Origin: Promethearchaeota archaeon
GTDB taxonomy: Archaea > Asgardarchaeota > Hermodarchaeia > Hermodarchaeales > Hermodarchaeaceae
NCBI GenBank assembly: GCA_048938385.1
Contig: JBHLMG010000011.1
Span: 1-64,000, forward strand
Direction: 5' to 3'
Length of the DNA: 64,000 bases
This document shows, piece after piece, positions 9,855-19,429 of this stretch (its first letter is position 1; each line of letters starts with the position of its first letter). The notes beneath the pieces are model-generated. The model did not search any database, was not told the DNA's origin, and worked only from the letters and a program-made list of their open reading frames with translations. The position numbers were made by a program, and so were the translations under genes.

Positions 9855-10355
9855 ATGGTGTTTATCATGCCCTCTCCACGAAAAACTTGGCAAGAAAAAC
9901 TCAAAGATCCAAAAGGGATGCCCAAAATCGTTCCATTGAAGGCAAATTTTCCTTGCCGCCGACCCCTCGAGAAAATGGGGGCTAAAATCGGGGACAGCGT
10001 GGTCCTCGCGCCGCCTTCAGAAGTCTTAGCAATCATGAGCACTATTCCAAAAGGCAAGCTCATTACCCTAACCCAAATCTGTGAACGCCTTGCCATGAAA
10101 CACCATGCTCAGTATTGCTGTACACTAACTACTGGAATTTTTGTTACCATAGCAGCTAACGCCACCGAAGAAACGGGTAGTGCTGTTCCCTATTGGCGGA
10201 CCATTAAAAATTCCGGGGAACTCAACCCCAAATACCCTGGTGGTACCATGCGACAGAAGGCACTATTAGAGCAAGAGGGGCATACCATTGTACAGCGGGG
10301 GCGTAAACATATCCGTTACTTCGTTCAAAACTACGAACAATACCTCGTGAATTAA
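9855..10355 (+). CDS. MGMT-family / alkyltransferase-like (ATL) DNA-binding protein
   Basis: IPKGKLIT, PYWRT in place of PCHRV, GELNPKYPGG, QKALLEQEG. Confidence 0.8.
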   Translation: MVFIMPSPRKTWQEKLKDPKGMPKIVPLKANFPCRRPLEKMGAKIGDSVVLAPPSEVLAIMSTIPKGKLITLTQICERLAMKHHAQYCCTLTTGIFVTIAANATEETGSAVPYWRTIKNSGELNPKYPGGTMRQKALLEQEGHTIVQRGRKHIRYFVQNYEQYLVN

Positions 10356-10361
10356 CAGAAC

Positions 10362-10447
10362 TCTTTGTAGATCACTAGAAGCGAACTCTACAAGGGCTGT
10401 GGGTTAAACACGCTAGTCTAAAGCAGCTTAGAGATGCATTAGACTAG
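10362..10447. terminator. Two tandem stem-loops between convergent genes
   Basis: TTGTAGA/TCTACAA (about 10364-10393) and CTAGTCTAA/TTAGACTAG (10413-10447). Confidence 0.4.
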
Positions 10448-10458
10448 TTTCTAAACAA

Positions 10459-11184
10459 TTATTGATTCTGTTTCACTTCACGTGCAATCTTCAGTTCTCG
10501 TATGAAGCGGTATAACTCGCCAGTTTTTGCTTTGTATATTACCAGATAAAACAGGGCAAATAGGATGCTTATAATGAGTGGTGCCCAGATACCAGCTGAA
10601 TTCAAGAGCCGTGCGATTGGTATCAGTACAAATATGAAACTGAAGACCCATGGGATGGGAAACCCAAAAACCCATTTGCGACGGCTCTGCGTGGTTTTCA
10701 GGTAACTCGTGTATTCGATTTTCAACCCAAGCTCACCGGGGGAATACCGATAGAAACCTTCGAATCGTATTCGTGCAATTACCCCGCCAAGGTATCGACC
10801 CCAGGGATAGACACCATATGCGACGAAAATTGTGATGATGCCGAGAACAACATTGAGAGCGATGATGCTCATTCCTAAGGGAAGAACGATGAACGCTGTT
10901 AACGCAGATTCGAAAAACAAGAGAACCCAAGTAAAGGCAGCGAAAGCCAGAATTGCTAAAATCAAGAACACCAGTAAGCCTGTTTGCACGCTCAGGATGA
11001 CCGGTTTTCCGAATAATCGGTTACGAATTGCCGCAGCCTTTTCAATAGCATTTTCAGATAGGCTCGAAGGATGAAGGCGTTTCATTTTACCAACAATTCG
11101 CCAGAAGGCTTTACGAACTTCTGGTGTATCTCCTTCTTTGTCTAGTCGTTGTTCAATGATATTGAGGTTTGCAAAAATGCTCAA
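10459..11184 (-). CDS. Hypothetical integral membrane protein (weak M50/site-2-protease-like similarity, no HExxH)
   Basis: Helical N-terminus plus about 4 TMs. YPWGRYLGG...IRF and LKIEYTSYLKT motifs. TTG at 11184 avoids overlap with the MFS gene (ORF track gives 11238). Confidence 0.6.
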   Translation of the reverse strand: MSIFANLNIIEQRLDKEGDTPEVRKAFWRIVGKMKRLHPSSLSENAIEKAAAIRNRLFGKPVILSVQTGLLVFLILAILAFAAFTWVLLFFESALTAFIVLPLGMSIIALNVVLGIITIFVAYGVYPWGRYLGGVIARIRFEGFYRYSPGELGLKIEYTSYLKTTQSRRKWVFGFPIPWVFSFIFVLIPIARLLNSAGIWAPLIISILFALFYLVIYKAKTGELYRFIRELKIAREVKQNQ

Positions 11185-11191
11185 GGGTTTT

Positions 11192-12478
11192 TCATTCCTC
11201 CCTAGACTTTTCAACGATGTCCTCAAGGTCTTCTTCAAGTTGCTTTTCGACTTGGGGAAGGCTGGTGAGCGTCCAAGCCAAGATTAAGACTACGATTAAG
11301 ATTGAGCCAAAGGTCAGAAAAAGCAAGGGGATTGCGATAAATTCTGCTAATATTCCCCCAAGAAGAAACGCAAAGGGGGCTGTAAACTGAGCAATAGTAG
11401 TCCGCACGGAAAAGACGCGTCCAATTTTTTCAGGTGGAACTACACGTTGCCATATGGTCTGGCTCGAAACATTTGCTAAGGGGATCGTTAGGCCTAAGAG
11501 TAGAAATCCTGCCACGGCTATCCAATATATTCCAGGGGGTGTTAATCCAAGTACTACAATTCCTAGGGCACCAATGAAGATGCCTAAAAAAACACCAACT
11601 ATGTTGCGTTTGAAACCACCCCAGATGGTTATCACAGCTGACATAATCATCATGCTTAGACTAAATAATGACAGTAACCCGGCCAACATCAATACTGCGA
11701 GGGTTTCATCGCCTAGCGCGAGATGTATGGTACTGTAAAGCGGAAGTAGTACATTCACTGGTGGTAGAAGGAAATTCGTGATGGCAAACACTGCTAGAAG
11801 GGTAATGAGTCCATTTCGTTGTTTTAAGAATGTCAAGCCTTCGCTGAATTCCTGTCTGAAGGAGGTTTTCTCAGTTTTCTTCTTGATTTTCACTGCGGGG
11901 ATGAATATTAATAGTGCTGGAATAACAGCGATCAGGTAGGTGCCTATGTCAATCAGCAATATCTGTGCCATATTTCCAAAGAACAAGACAAACACCAACG
12001 CTCCGATGGGAGGACCTACGGTTTGAATTAAGCTGGTGGCAAAATACTGCACGCTGTTCATCCGCGTTAGGTGCTCATGGGGAACCATGATTGGAACAAT
12101 AGCTTGAACGGCAATTTGATGAAAGGCGTTGATCACACCTGAAATTAGTTGGATGACTAACACATGAATAATGTTAGCAATTCCGAACAGGAAAAGAATG
12201 ACAAGGATGAAGCTCAAAAACGCTAAGAAGCTGTCTGCCGTGACAATGACCTTTTTTCGCGACCACCGATCCACCAAAACTCCGGCTACAGGTGTTACTA
12301 AGATAAAACTACCAAAAGCAAAGAACGCTGATAACCCAAGTAGAAGTGCGCTCCCTGTTTGTACAGTGATCCACCAGGTCAAACTGAAGGTAACGATATT
12401 TGTACCTGCTAATGAAACGAGTTGACCTCCCCAAAAGAACAGATAACCACGAAAGGTCGATTTTTCGGGTTCAATCAT
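11192..12478 (-). CDS. MFS transporter (DHA3/MefA-like)
   Basis: About 12 TMs, GQLVSLAG, motif A AGVLVDRWSRKKVIVTAD, GRVFS. Confidence 0.92.
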   Translation of the reverse strand: MIEPEKSTFRGYLFFWGGQLVSLAGTNIVTFSLTWWITVQTGSALLLGLSAFFAFGSFILVTPVAGVLVDRWSRKKVIVTADSFLAFLSFILVILFLFGIANIIHVLVIQLISGVINAFHQIAVQAIVPIMVPHEHLTRMNSVQYFATSLIQTVGPPIGALVFVLFFGNMAQILLIDIGTYLIAVIPALLIFIPAVKIKKKTEKTSFRQEFSEGLTFLKQRNGLITLLAVFAITNFLLPPVNVLLPLYSTIHLALGDETLAVLMLAGLLSLFSLSMMIMSAVITIWGGFKRNIVGVFLGIFIGALGIVVLGLTPPGIYWIAVAGFLLLGLTIPLANVSSQTIWQRVVPPEKIGRVFSVRTTIAQFTAPFAFLLGGILAEFIAIPLLFLTFGSILIVVLILAWTLTSLPQVEKQLEEDLEDIVEKSREE

Positions 12479-12627
12479 CGAAACTCAACTCGGTCACTTG
12501 TTTTTCAAAAGTTGTGGCTGTTCGGCATCCACCCTTTGTCTACACTTAAGTTTCTTCTTATTACGGTAGTTTTCACTCTCGTCCAAAAGAAATTCTTCTC
12601 ATGTAATGCCGGTATGAGGAGGATTCG

Positions 12628-12669
12628 AAAAAAGAGAGAGGAGGGGGCAAATCTGTTGTTACCCCCTTC
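12628..12669 (-). terminator. Hairpin plus pyrimidine/T tract downstream of the surface protein gene
   Basis: Minus strand reads GAAGGGGGTAA-N8-TTGCCCCCTCC followed by TCTCTCTTTTTT. Confidence 0.55.
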
Positions 12670-12696
12670 TTTAGTAATGGGGTCTCATATATGAGG

Positions 12697-14967
12697 TCAG
12701 GGTGAGAAACGGCGTTTAGCTAGGAAGTAGCCAACCAGGATACCTACAGCTACCATGATGATTGCTGTTAAGACAATCACAGAGATCATAGCCATCGAAA
12801 AAACTGGGACAACAGCAAGGATGAAGAATTCCACCGGGCTCCTCATCAATGAATTCAGCGGTCCTCCTACCATAACGAAACTGACTCTACCTGTATATGT
12901 CGCAGTGAAAGTGCCAATGTATGTCATGCCAAATGGCATTGAGGTTGATACACCAATAAAAAGATCTACAAATGAGCCAGTTACGAATGGCGAGTAACCA
13001 TAGGGATCCAAGAAGTAGCCAAAGGCTTGTTCTCCATCGGCTTTCAGTGTTAATTCGAAGTAGTAGGTGATGCCCGCTTCAACATTGAAAGTGTAGGTGG
13101 CAAATTGTTTCTCAGCTACTATTGCTGTGGCGATAGTCCCTAGGGGATAGGGTATGGGTGCTGTGGTCGTAAGCGACACGCTCCCTTCGGTCATATCGCC
13201 TCCTACCATTCCAGGTCCTTGAATCCACAGATAATTCATGCCATCTTTGACAGAGATGTAACTTAGGGTTGCGGTGGCATTAGTATTCACAGAAACTCCT
13301 AGACCAGTAGCTGGTTCAGCATAGGCAATGGGAGATCCAAAAATCATCATCCACTGCCAGTTTTCGTACTCTTTAGACTGTGGCAGATCTTCAAGGTAGA
13401 TAGTACCTGCTGAGGTGTAATTAGTGGCAAGGGCTTTTACGGTATAGATTGCGCCACTCGCTTGGGGCACTTGAAAGATGTGGTAGAAGGGTCCAACGGT
13501 GCTGTTGAAGTCAAAGGTTAATCCAATGGGCGTCAATTGAGGGAATGGAGTGAGTTCGAAGTTGGCATTAATGCGAAATGTAGTAGTTGGAGTTCCGAGT
13601 GGAGTAGCGATTACGCGGAAGTAGAAGGTGTTGAATCGACTTGTTGCTCCCATTCCACCTAGTGGGATGGCAGTGACATTTGTTCCATTGACATAGATTG
13701 AATAGGTGGAATCTGTCACCCACGTTTCTGCATACCAATCACCAAGAAGGCCTGGGGCAGGTGTTCCCATACTCATCGCTGTAGCCCAACCATATTCAAG
13801 ATTGTCTTTGTTCCTAAAGTGGGTTGTTGGATCCGCATGAGTTTGGAACAGAGGACCTGAGTAGGCACCGGTCCATGCATCATATGCCATCACAGTCCAG
13901 TTTTGACCCACTGGATTGGAAAAGTCAAAACTGAAGTAGTTGCCTTCTGGAATAGTGACTGCTAGGTAGGTGTCATAGACATTGGGCGTGGTGTTAAATC
14001 CGAGTTGTAGAGGGACGCTGGGATAGAGAATTTGTGTAGGTACGGGGGAAACATTGATGGTGAAATCAACGAATGAGCCATTGAGGAACTCAAAGGCGTT
14101 GGTTTTACCAATTAGAAAGTACTCACCAGCCTCTAAGGGCTCTAAATCAATTCGTGGTCCCCAAGTAGTGCTATTTGTATCTGCACCTGCTGGGATATTG
14201 AAAGATGCGGAACCCCAAAAATCGTAGTATATATTTCTACCATGCTTTAGGTCGATTAGCATGAGATCATTGAATGGTGTAAAGGATGCATCGCCAGTCC
14301 AGCCAGCTGTGGTAGCCCAGTTCATCTCACCAAAGGCCGTTAAGTTGTATAAGTCATTCCCAGGCAGATGCATTCGAAGGCCCATCCAGGAATAATCTTC
14401 AGTAAATCTGATGGTCGAATTTTGACCTAATGCTTGTCCGAAAGATAATGTGGAAAAAACCAGTTGCTCGGTGACAGTGACATTTCCACTAATTTGGTCA
14501 TTGGGATCGGTATTAAACATTCCGACTTCGAGTCGGAAGGAGCCAGCCTGAACAGCGATTTCTTCCTGGTCATTCCATCGTGTGGTATTTTCACTCTGGG
14601 GCCACCAACTTGCGGATGAGAAGCTAAAATATTCTGGAATACCTCCAATATGAGGATACCACATTTCAGCGGATGCTCCATAACTGACAGATACTCCAGG
14701 ACCTGGAACTGGTAATCCGGAGTCCACATGAACGCTCACATTGAACTGGTACACACCAGCTTGCGAAACTGGAACATCAAAGTATTCCGTTGGATAAGAA
14801 GCATTGATGCGAAATGCTGTTATGCTATTCACCGGAGCCTGCATGGCTGACACAGTGGGTAAACTCTGATTCACCTGTAGAATGGGTGCAAACGGGCTTG
14901 GTAACCCTAACTGAAACACTAGAAGACAAATCACTAATAAGCCAACTTGTAAGGTTATTCTTTTCAT
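12697..14967 (-). CDS. Cell-surface glycoprotein with signal peptide, beta-rich domains and C-terminal TM anchor
   Basis: MKRITLQVGLLVICLLVFQ signal, Thr/Gly/aromatic-rich body, many N-x-S/T sequons, C-terminal TM followed by KRRFSP. Confidence 0.7.
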   Translation of the reverse strand: MKRITLQVGLLVICLLVFQLGLPSPFAPILQVNQSLPTVSAMQAPVNSITAFRINASYPTEYFDVPVSQAGVYQFNVSVHVDSGLPVPGPGVSVSYGASAEMWYPHIGGIPEYFSFSSASWWPQSENTTRWNDQEEIAVQAGSFRLEVGMFNTDPNDQISGNVTVTEQLVFSTLSFGQALGQNSTIRFTEDYSWMGLRMHLPGNDLYNLTAFGEMNWATTAGWTGDASFTPFNDLMLIDLKHGRNIYYDFWGSASFNIPAGADTNSTTWGPRIDLEPLEAGEYFLIGKTNAFEFLNGSFVDFTINVSPVPTQILYPSVPLQLGFNTTPNVYDTYLAVTIPEGNYFSFDFSNPVGQNWTVMAYDAWTGAYSGPLFQTHADPTTHFRNKDNLEYGWATAMSMGTPAPGLLGDWYAETWVTDSTYSIYVNGTNVTAIPLGGMGATSRFNTFYFRVIATPLGTPTTTFRINANFELTPFPQLTPIGLTFDFNSTVGPFYHIFQVPQASGAIYTVKALATNYTSAGTIYLEDLPQSKEYENWQWMMIFGSPIAYAEPATGLGVSVNTNATATLSYISVKDGMNYLWIQGPGMVGGDMTEGSVSLTTTAPIPYPLGTIATAIVAEKQFATYTFNVEAGITYYFELTLKADGEQAFGYFLDPYGYSPFVTGSFVDLFIGVSTSMPFGMTYIGTFTATYTGRVSFVMVGGPLNSLMRSPVEFFILAVVPVFSMAMISVIVLTAIIMVAVGILVGYFLAKRRFSP

Positions 14968-15124
14968 ATTCTTAAATCTCGCTTTGAATTCGTTTGTTGA
15001 GCAAGATAAACGATTCCCGCTGGATAAAAAGAATCGTACATTGCTTACTCCAAATCATGTAATCCGTTATAAAAAATTGTATCGGTTTTAAAATCGAAGT
15101 ATTGATGTTGAAAATCAACGCAAT

Positions 15125-15970
15125 CTATCCAATTTTGGCACCGCATTTAGGGCAGAAGTTTCCTTGATACATGAAGAGGGGATATTCGGCGTTGCACTTA
15201 GGACAATGAGCAATGAGCGTTCCCCCACATTGAGTACAGCGTTCACTAATTGCAACTGTGTTTTTACAATGCGGACATTGCACCTGTGGCATGGATGGCA
15301 TAACACCTGGCGTAGTTGGCATGGTAGCAGGAGTTACTGGTGAGGGTGTCGAAGCTGTACCACTTCGTACGGCAGCTGCACAATTGGGGCAATGCGTGGC
15401 ACCGTTGGGGATGTGGGCTGAGCAGTAGGGACACTTGTTTTTGGCTTTGGCGGTTTCAATTTGTGCTTCAACGATGGCAAACATCTTCTCCTTTTTACTG
15501 GTGAACTCGATATCGTCTCCGCCGTTTAAGGTAATAATGAGCTTGTCATTTGGGCTTGAGATGTTATCGATTGCGATGAGGGGAATTGCCAAGGATTCAG
15601 CGGATCCATCGGCTCCTCGCGTGACAAGTTGGTTTCCGCGGAGTGAGTCAAAGACAATAGCCTTAGCAGTGGCATCTGTAGCACTTTGGATGCCGTGTCC
15701 GACGGCTCGTCCAATTATTCCACCATGTCGGCGTGCAACGCCTGCAGCAGCGGAGCCGGCCACACCCACAGCAAAGGCTTTAGCGAAGCCACCGAGTAAA
15801 CCTCCACCTTTCTTCTTTTGTTGTTTATACCACACGACTCGAACATCTGATACGACCAGTCGACCGGTTTCTCCTTCAAACCGGACTTCATCAATTGTGG
15901 TGGCAACTTGTTCGTGCCCAAGGGGAACGAACTGACCATTCTGTATGGCAACATTGAGAAAATCAGTCAT
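15125..15970 (-). CDS. PH/GRAM-like domain protein with multiple zinc ribbons
   Basis: GRLVVSDVRVVWYK...SLAIPLIAIDNI...LIITLNGGDDIEF gives a PH-type pattern. Six CxxC motifs, with a Pro/Thr linker after the first two. Confidence 0.65.
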   Translation of the reverse strand: MTDFLNVAIQNGQFVPLGHEQVATTIDEVRFEGETGRLVVSDVRVVWYKQQKKKGGGLLGGFAKAFAVGVAGSAAAGVARRHGGIIGRAVGHGIQSATDATAKAIVFDSLRGNQLVTRGADGSAESLAIPLIAIDNISSPNDKLIITLNGGDDIEFTSKKEKMFAIVEAQIETAKAKNKCPYCSAHIPNGATHCPNCAAAVRSGTASTPSPVTPATMPTTPGVMPSMPQVQCPHCKNTVAISERCTQCGGTLIAHCPKCNAEYPLFMYQGNFCPKCGAKIG

Positions 15971-16204
15971 AGGTTCACTATTGCTAAGTTAGGTCTATAA
16001 TCTTTCTACATAGTACTGTTACAACTTCGGAGATTTCGGTATTCCCAAATCCATTACAAAATAGGATAAGGCCGGTCCTGTGAGAATAAGGCACAGCTCT
16101 ACGATCTAGTTAAGTTGGCTTTTTGCAATTGTGTGTGAATGGTGTTAACTTCTAGTAGGGAGACGGGTCTCGTTGCTTATGAGCGTAGAGGTTCTGAGAT
16201 AGGA

Positions 16205-16978
16205 TCAAATCGGTGGAAAGGCGAATGATTGCCAGTAAGCAAGGTCAATTATCTGGCAATTCGTCACCTGGGAATTGTAATCATCGATCCATTGGGTGTT
16301 GGTCTCTTCAGCGTAATGAATGGGAATGAAGTACCGTGGTTGAATTCGATCGAGTACATCCACGACTTCTTCGTTAGCCATAGTTTGACAACCTGGTCCG
16401 AGAGGCAGGAGTGCTACATTAATTTCTCCTGTAAGCTGGTAGTATTCCAGGATGTTCTTAGAATCACCGGCATGAAAGAAGGAAAATCCGTTAATGTTGA
16501 TGATATAGCTGGTCCAGTTGGCTTCTCGTGGGTGAGTTGCTGGGTTTTCTTCTACAGGAAAGGTATACATGTAAAACGCCGTGATGTGAACAATTCCCAT
16601 TTGGAGCTCATCCAGTGGATTGACACCCACTCCCTCATGAAGAGCAATTTCAGTAGTCATGTTGGCAGGGAACACATTCACAGTCCCTTCCTTTTGAAGC
16701 ATCGTGATTATGCTCGCTTGGTAGTGGTCACCATGGGGGTGAGTGACTAATATGAGATCTGCTGGTAATGACGAGTAACTTCCAGGTAGGTTAATGGGGT
16801 CAACATAGATACGCAATCCATAGGCTTCAATCATAACCCCGGCATTATCTAACAAGGTAAAGCGGATAGCGTTGGTATTCGCATTTAAGAAGTATATGCC
16901 TGCCACGGGAAGGCCAACTGCTAAGGAAGCAATGACCACGACACCGATAATGATCTTTGCTCGCCGTGATAGTGGCAT
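16205..16978 (-). CDS. Metallo-beta-lactamase-fold hydrolase with N-terminal TM/signal
   Basis: THPHGDH, HAGDS, PIHY, and an N-terminal hydrophobic helix after RRAK. Confidence 0.88.
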   Translation of the reverse strand: MPLSRRAKIIIGVVVIASLAVGLPVAGIYFLNANTNAIRFTLLDNAGVMIEAYGLRIYVDPINLPGSYSSLPADLILVTHPHGDHYQASIITMLQKEGTVNVFPANMTTEIALHEGVGVNPLDELQMGIVHITAFYMYTFPVEENPATHPREANWTSYIININGFSFFHAGDSKNILEYYQLTGEINVALLPLGPGCQTMANEEVVDVLDRIQPRYFIPIHYAEETNTQWIDDYNSQVTNCQIIDLAYWQSFAFPPI

Positions 16979-17083
16979 GTTAATGCGTGTGAGAAGTTCA
17001 AGTATATATTTACACAGGTGCCGGCAAACTAATCGAATAATATTCGTTGTGAATCCTTGGGGGCTCCTTTCGGTTCATCCACT

Positions 17084-17698
17084 TCACATTTTCTTAAGGG
17101 GTTGTCTAATCACCGTTCGTAGTTTCCCAGGTGCTGTTCGTCTTGGATCGCTTAGATAGACTTCATGGTGCTTTCCTCGAAGTTCGTAACCTTGGTCAAA
17201 GGCGTATTGGTGCATCCGTTCAATGACAGGACCCTCTTCTGAGAATGGACCAATATGCATTATCTGGACAGAAACACCTTCGCGGTAGGGTTCAAGTCGC
17301 ATCTTGGGTAGTGCCACAGGGTTTTTCTTTTGTTTCACTTGTTCAACGGCTTCTCGGTACCGTTCTTCGGTAACTTCCACAGGTTGCAAAATCATCGAAG
17401 TCCAACACCATTCGTCTTTACGGGTTTCGATGCGAAAGACCTCCATGTCTTTTGCCCACCAAAGTCCCTCAAGGGGCATAACCGTGTAATCCAGGATTCC
17501 CGCTTTCTTAATTGTGAATTTCAGAGTGTAGGCAACTGGATAGAGGGCTTCCATGGCGTCTTGGTATTCTTTTGATGTGCCTGGATAACCCTGTCCATCT
17601 ATCATGAGATACTGAATTTCTGGGACATCAACGATGACTGGTGTTCGTGGAGGATTGTAAAATTCTTTTAGGGTTTTTTTGTGGTCAATCTTTTTCAT
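17084..17698 (-). CDS. GyrI-like small-molecule-binding protein (Lin2189-like)
   Basis: YLMIDGQG, ALYPVAYTLKF, YTVMPLEGLWW, HIGPFSEEG, HHEVYLSDPRR. Confidence 0.9.
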   Translation of the reverse strand: MKKIDHKKTLKEFYNPPRTPVIVDVPEIQYLMIDGQGYPGTSKEYQDAMEALYPVAYTLKFTIKKAGILDYTVMPLEGLWWAKDMEVFRIETRKDEWCWTSMILQPVEVTEERYREAVEQVKQKKNPVALPKMRLEPYREGVSVQIMHIGPFSEEGPVIERMHQYAFDQGYELRGKHHEVYLSDPRRTAPGKLRTVIRQPLKKM

Positions 17699-17705
17699 TT
17701 TATTT

Positions 17706-18863
17706 TCACTCCCTCTTGAGTGTTTGTTGGAGTGATCGAATGGCTTCTTTTTCTACTTCATAGAGTCGGATAATCCATTTCTGTGCAAGTGGTAGGAATT
17801 CTGCAGCTTGCGCTACTTCCCCCATGATTGTGTCTTTATTAGCGTCTATGGCATGATTGATTTCAAGCATCCGTTTTAGGGCACCAGGTTTCTGTTCTTC
17901 ACCTACCTGGTTTTGCTCCAAGATCCATTTACGCACTTGGTGCAACATGGGGTATTCGTCAGGGAGTAAACGAGTAGCAATTTTGCTCCAAATCTTCCCT
18001 GCCTCTTGGTATTTTGAAATGACTGCATCTAATCCTGACATAGGAAATCGTTCCTCCACCTCTTGGAGATATCGAACGAACATCGGTCGAAAAGCGCTTC
18101 CACCCGATCCCCCCGTCTCGATGTAGATGAATCCTTGGTAGAGGGCTTGCCATAACCTTTCATCTGGAAAGATCTCTGGCCATTGCAGGATGAGCTCTGC
18201 CCACTTTTGGATACCTTTCAATCCGATGTTTCGAATCGGAGGATTGAGCATTTTATCCACAGTAGTGGTTAGCGCGTCCACAACCTTTTCTTTCGAAATT
18301 TCAAGAGCTTTGGGAAGACTAAATTCAAAAATGGCATGTTGGGGTGGCCAAGGAGGATACTTCGAAGCCCGTGCTCGTTTCAATTCATCAACAGTCACAG
18401 TAACCCCTCGTTGCCCACGATCAGAGATGTAGACGGTGTTGGCCCCCTCATCGACGCCATAGACCACCAAGGCATGTTGACCAAAGTGAGCATCTTCGGG
18501 GACGCCTGTGTAGGGAAGGCAAGCAATATCTGCGTAAATGACTACAGGTTGTTGGGCTTCGAGTTTTTCCAGCAACCAGGCATGACCCTTTTTACTGCTC
18601 ATTGTGCGATGTACCGTAATTGATGCTCCAGCGCGGTAGGCTGCATTCTCGATGAAGTAACGGCCACCGCCTCTACCACCTACCATTGGTGCCGGCATTT
18701 GTTTTACATACCAATAGATGAAACCAATACCACCTCCCAGTCCGAAAAGGAACTCTTCAGATATGGGCAAGTTGTTATATAGAAAGATCTTGCGAACGGC
18801 ACTGGTTTCACAATGCAGTCCGCCAAACAAATTAAAATCTGTAATGATGTAGCGGCTTCTCAT
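17706..18863 (-). CDS. BtrH N-terminal / DUF4872 family protein (papain-like fold)
   Basis: HCETSA, SEEFLFGLGGGIGFIY, HFGQHALVVYG, YISD, GSGGSAFRPMF. The ATG at 18863 overlaps the padR stop (ATGA). Confidence 0.85.
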   Translation of the reverse strand: MRSRYIITDFNLFGGLHCETSAVRKIFLYNNLPISEEFLFGLGGGIGFIYWYVKQMPAPMVGGRGGGRYFIENAAYRAGASITVHRTMSSKKGHAWLLEKLEAQQPVVIYADIACLPYTGVPEDAHFGQHALVVYGVDEGANTVYISDRGQRGVTVTVDELKRARASKYPPWPPQHAIFEFSLPKALEISKEKVVDALTTTVDKMLNPPIRNIGLKGIQKWAELILQWPEIFPDERLWQALYQGFIYIETGGSGGSAFRPMFVRYLQEVEERFPMSGLDAVISKYQEAGKIWSKIATRLLPDEYPMLHQVRKWILEQNQVGEEQKPGALKRMLEINHAIDANKDTIMGEVAQAAEFLPLAQKWIIRLYEVEKEAIRSLQQTLKRE

Positions 18864-19429
18864 TGGCCCGTATTCTCCTGGCGTTCCTTTAAACGGCGTA
18901 ATACATCCTCCACCCACTCCAACTCGGCTTTGCCTTTGATGTAGCCATGATCAAAAATAATCTCGGCACCAAACGGAAGTGGTTCTTGTTCTTGGCGAAT
19001 TTTTAAAATTTGGTTGATGCGTTCTCGCATTAAAAGGCGGTATTGCTCAAGACACTGGATGCTTTCATCCGGTGAAAGTAGTTCGATGTAAGCTGCTCCC
19101 AGATCAATACGAGTTCTGGGCGGTTCAGGCTCAGATAGTGATCGTTTGATAGAGCGAAGGAGGGCTGTCTGACCGGCTTTGGTGAGGCGATAGAGCTTAC
19201 GAGCAGGTCCTTTCGACGAGGGATCAATGCGACTACTAATAAGCTCAGTTTTTTCCAGGCGGTTAAGGATCCAGTAGATGGAGGAAAAACCAATGTTCGT
19301 CCAGTTACGAAAACCACGGTCTTCGATGGTTTCGTTCAACGCGTAGCCGTGTTGTTCGCCTTCGCTCAGGAGGCTCAGAATGGCAATCTCCGCTTGGGTC
19401 GGCTCGGTGGGAGGTTTCATCTCTATCAC
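18860..19429 (-). CDS. PadR family transcriptional regulator
   Basis: ILSLLSEGEQHGYAL, SIYWILNRLEK, RKLYRLTKAG, C-terminal ELEWVE. Confidence 0.92.
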   Translation of the reverse strand: MIEMKPPTEPTQAEIAILSLLSEGEQHGYALNETIEDRGFRNWTNIGFSSIYWILNRLEKTELISSRIDPSSKGPARKLYRLTKAGQTALLRSIKRSLSEPEPPRTRIDLGAAYIELLSPDESIQCLEQYRLLMRERINQILKIRQEQEPLPFGAEIIFDHGYIKGKAELEWVEDVLRRLKERQENTGQ

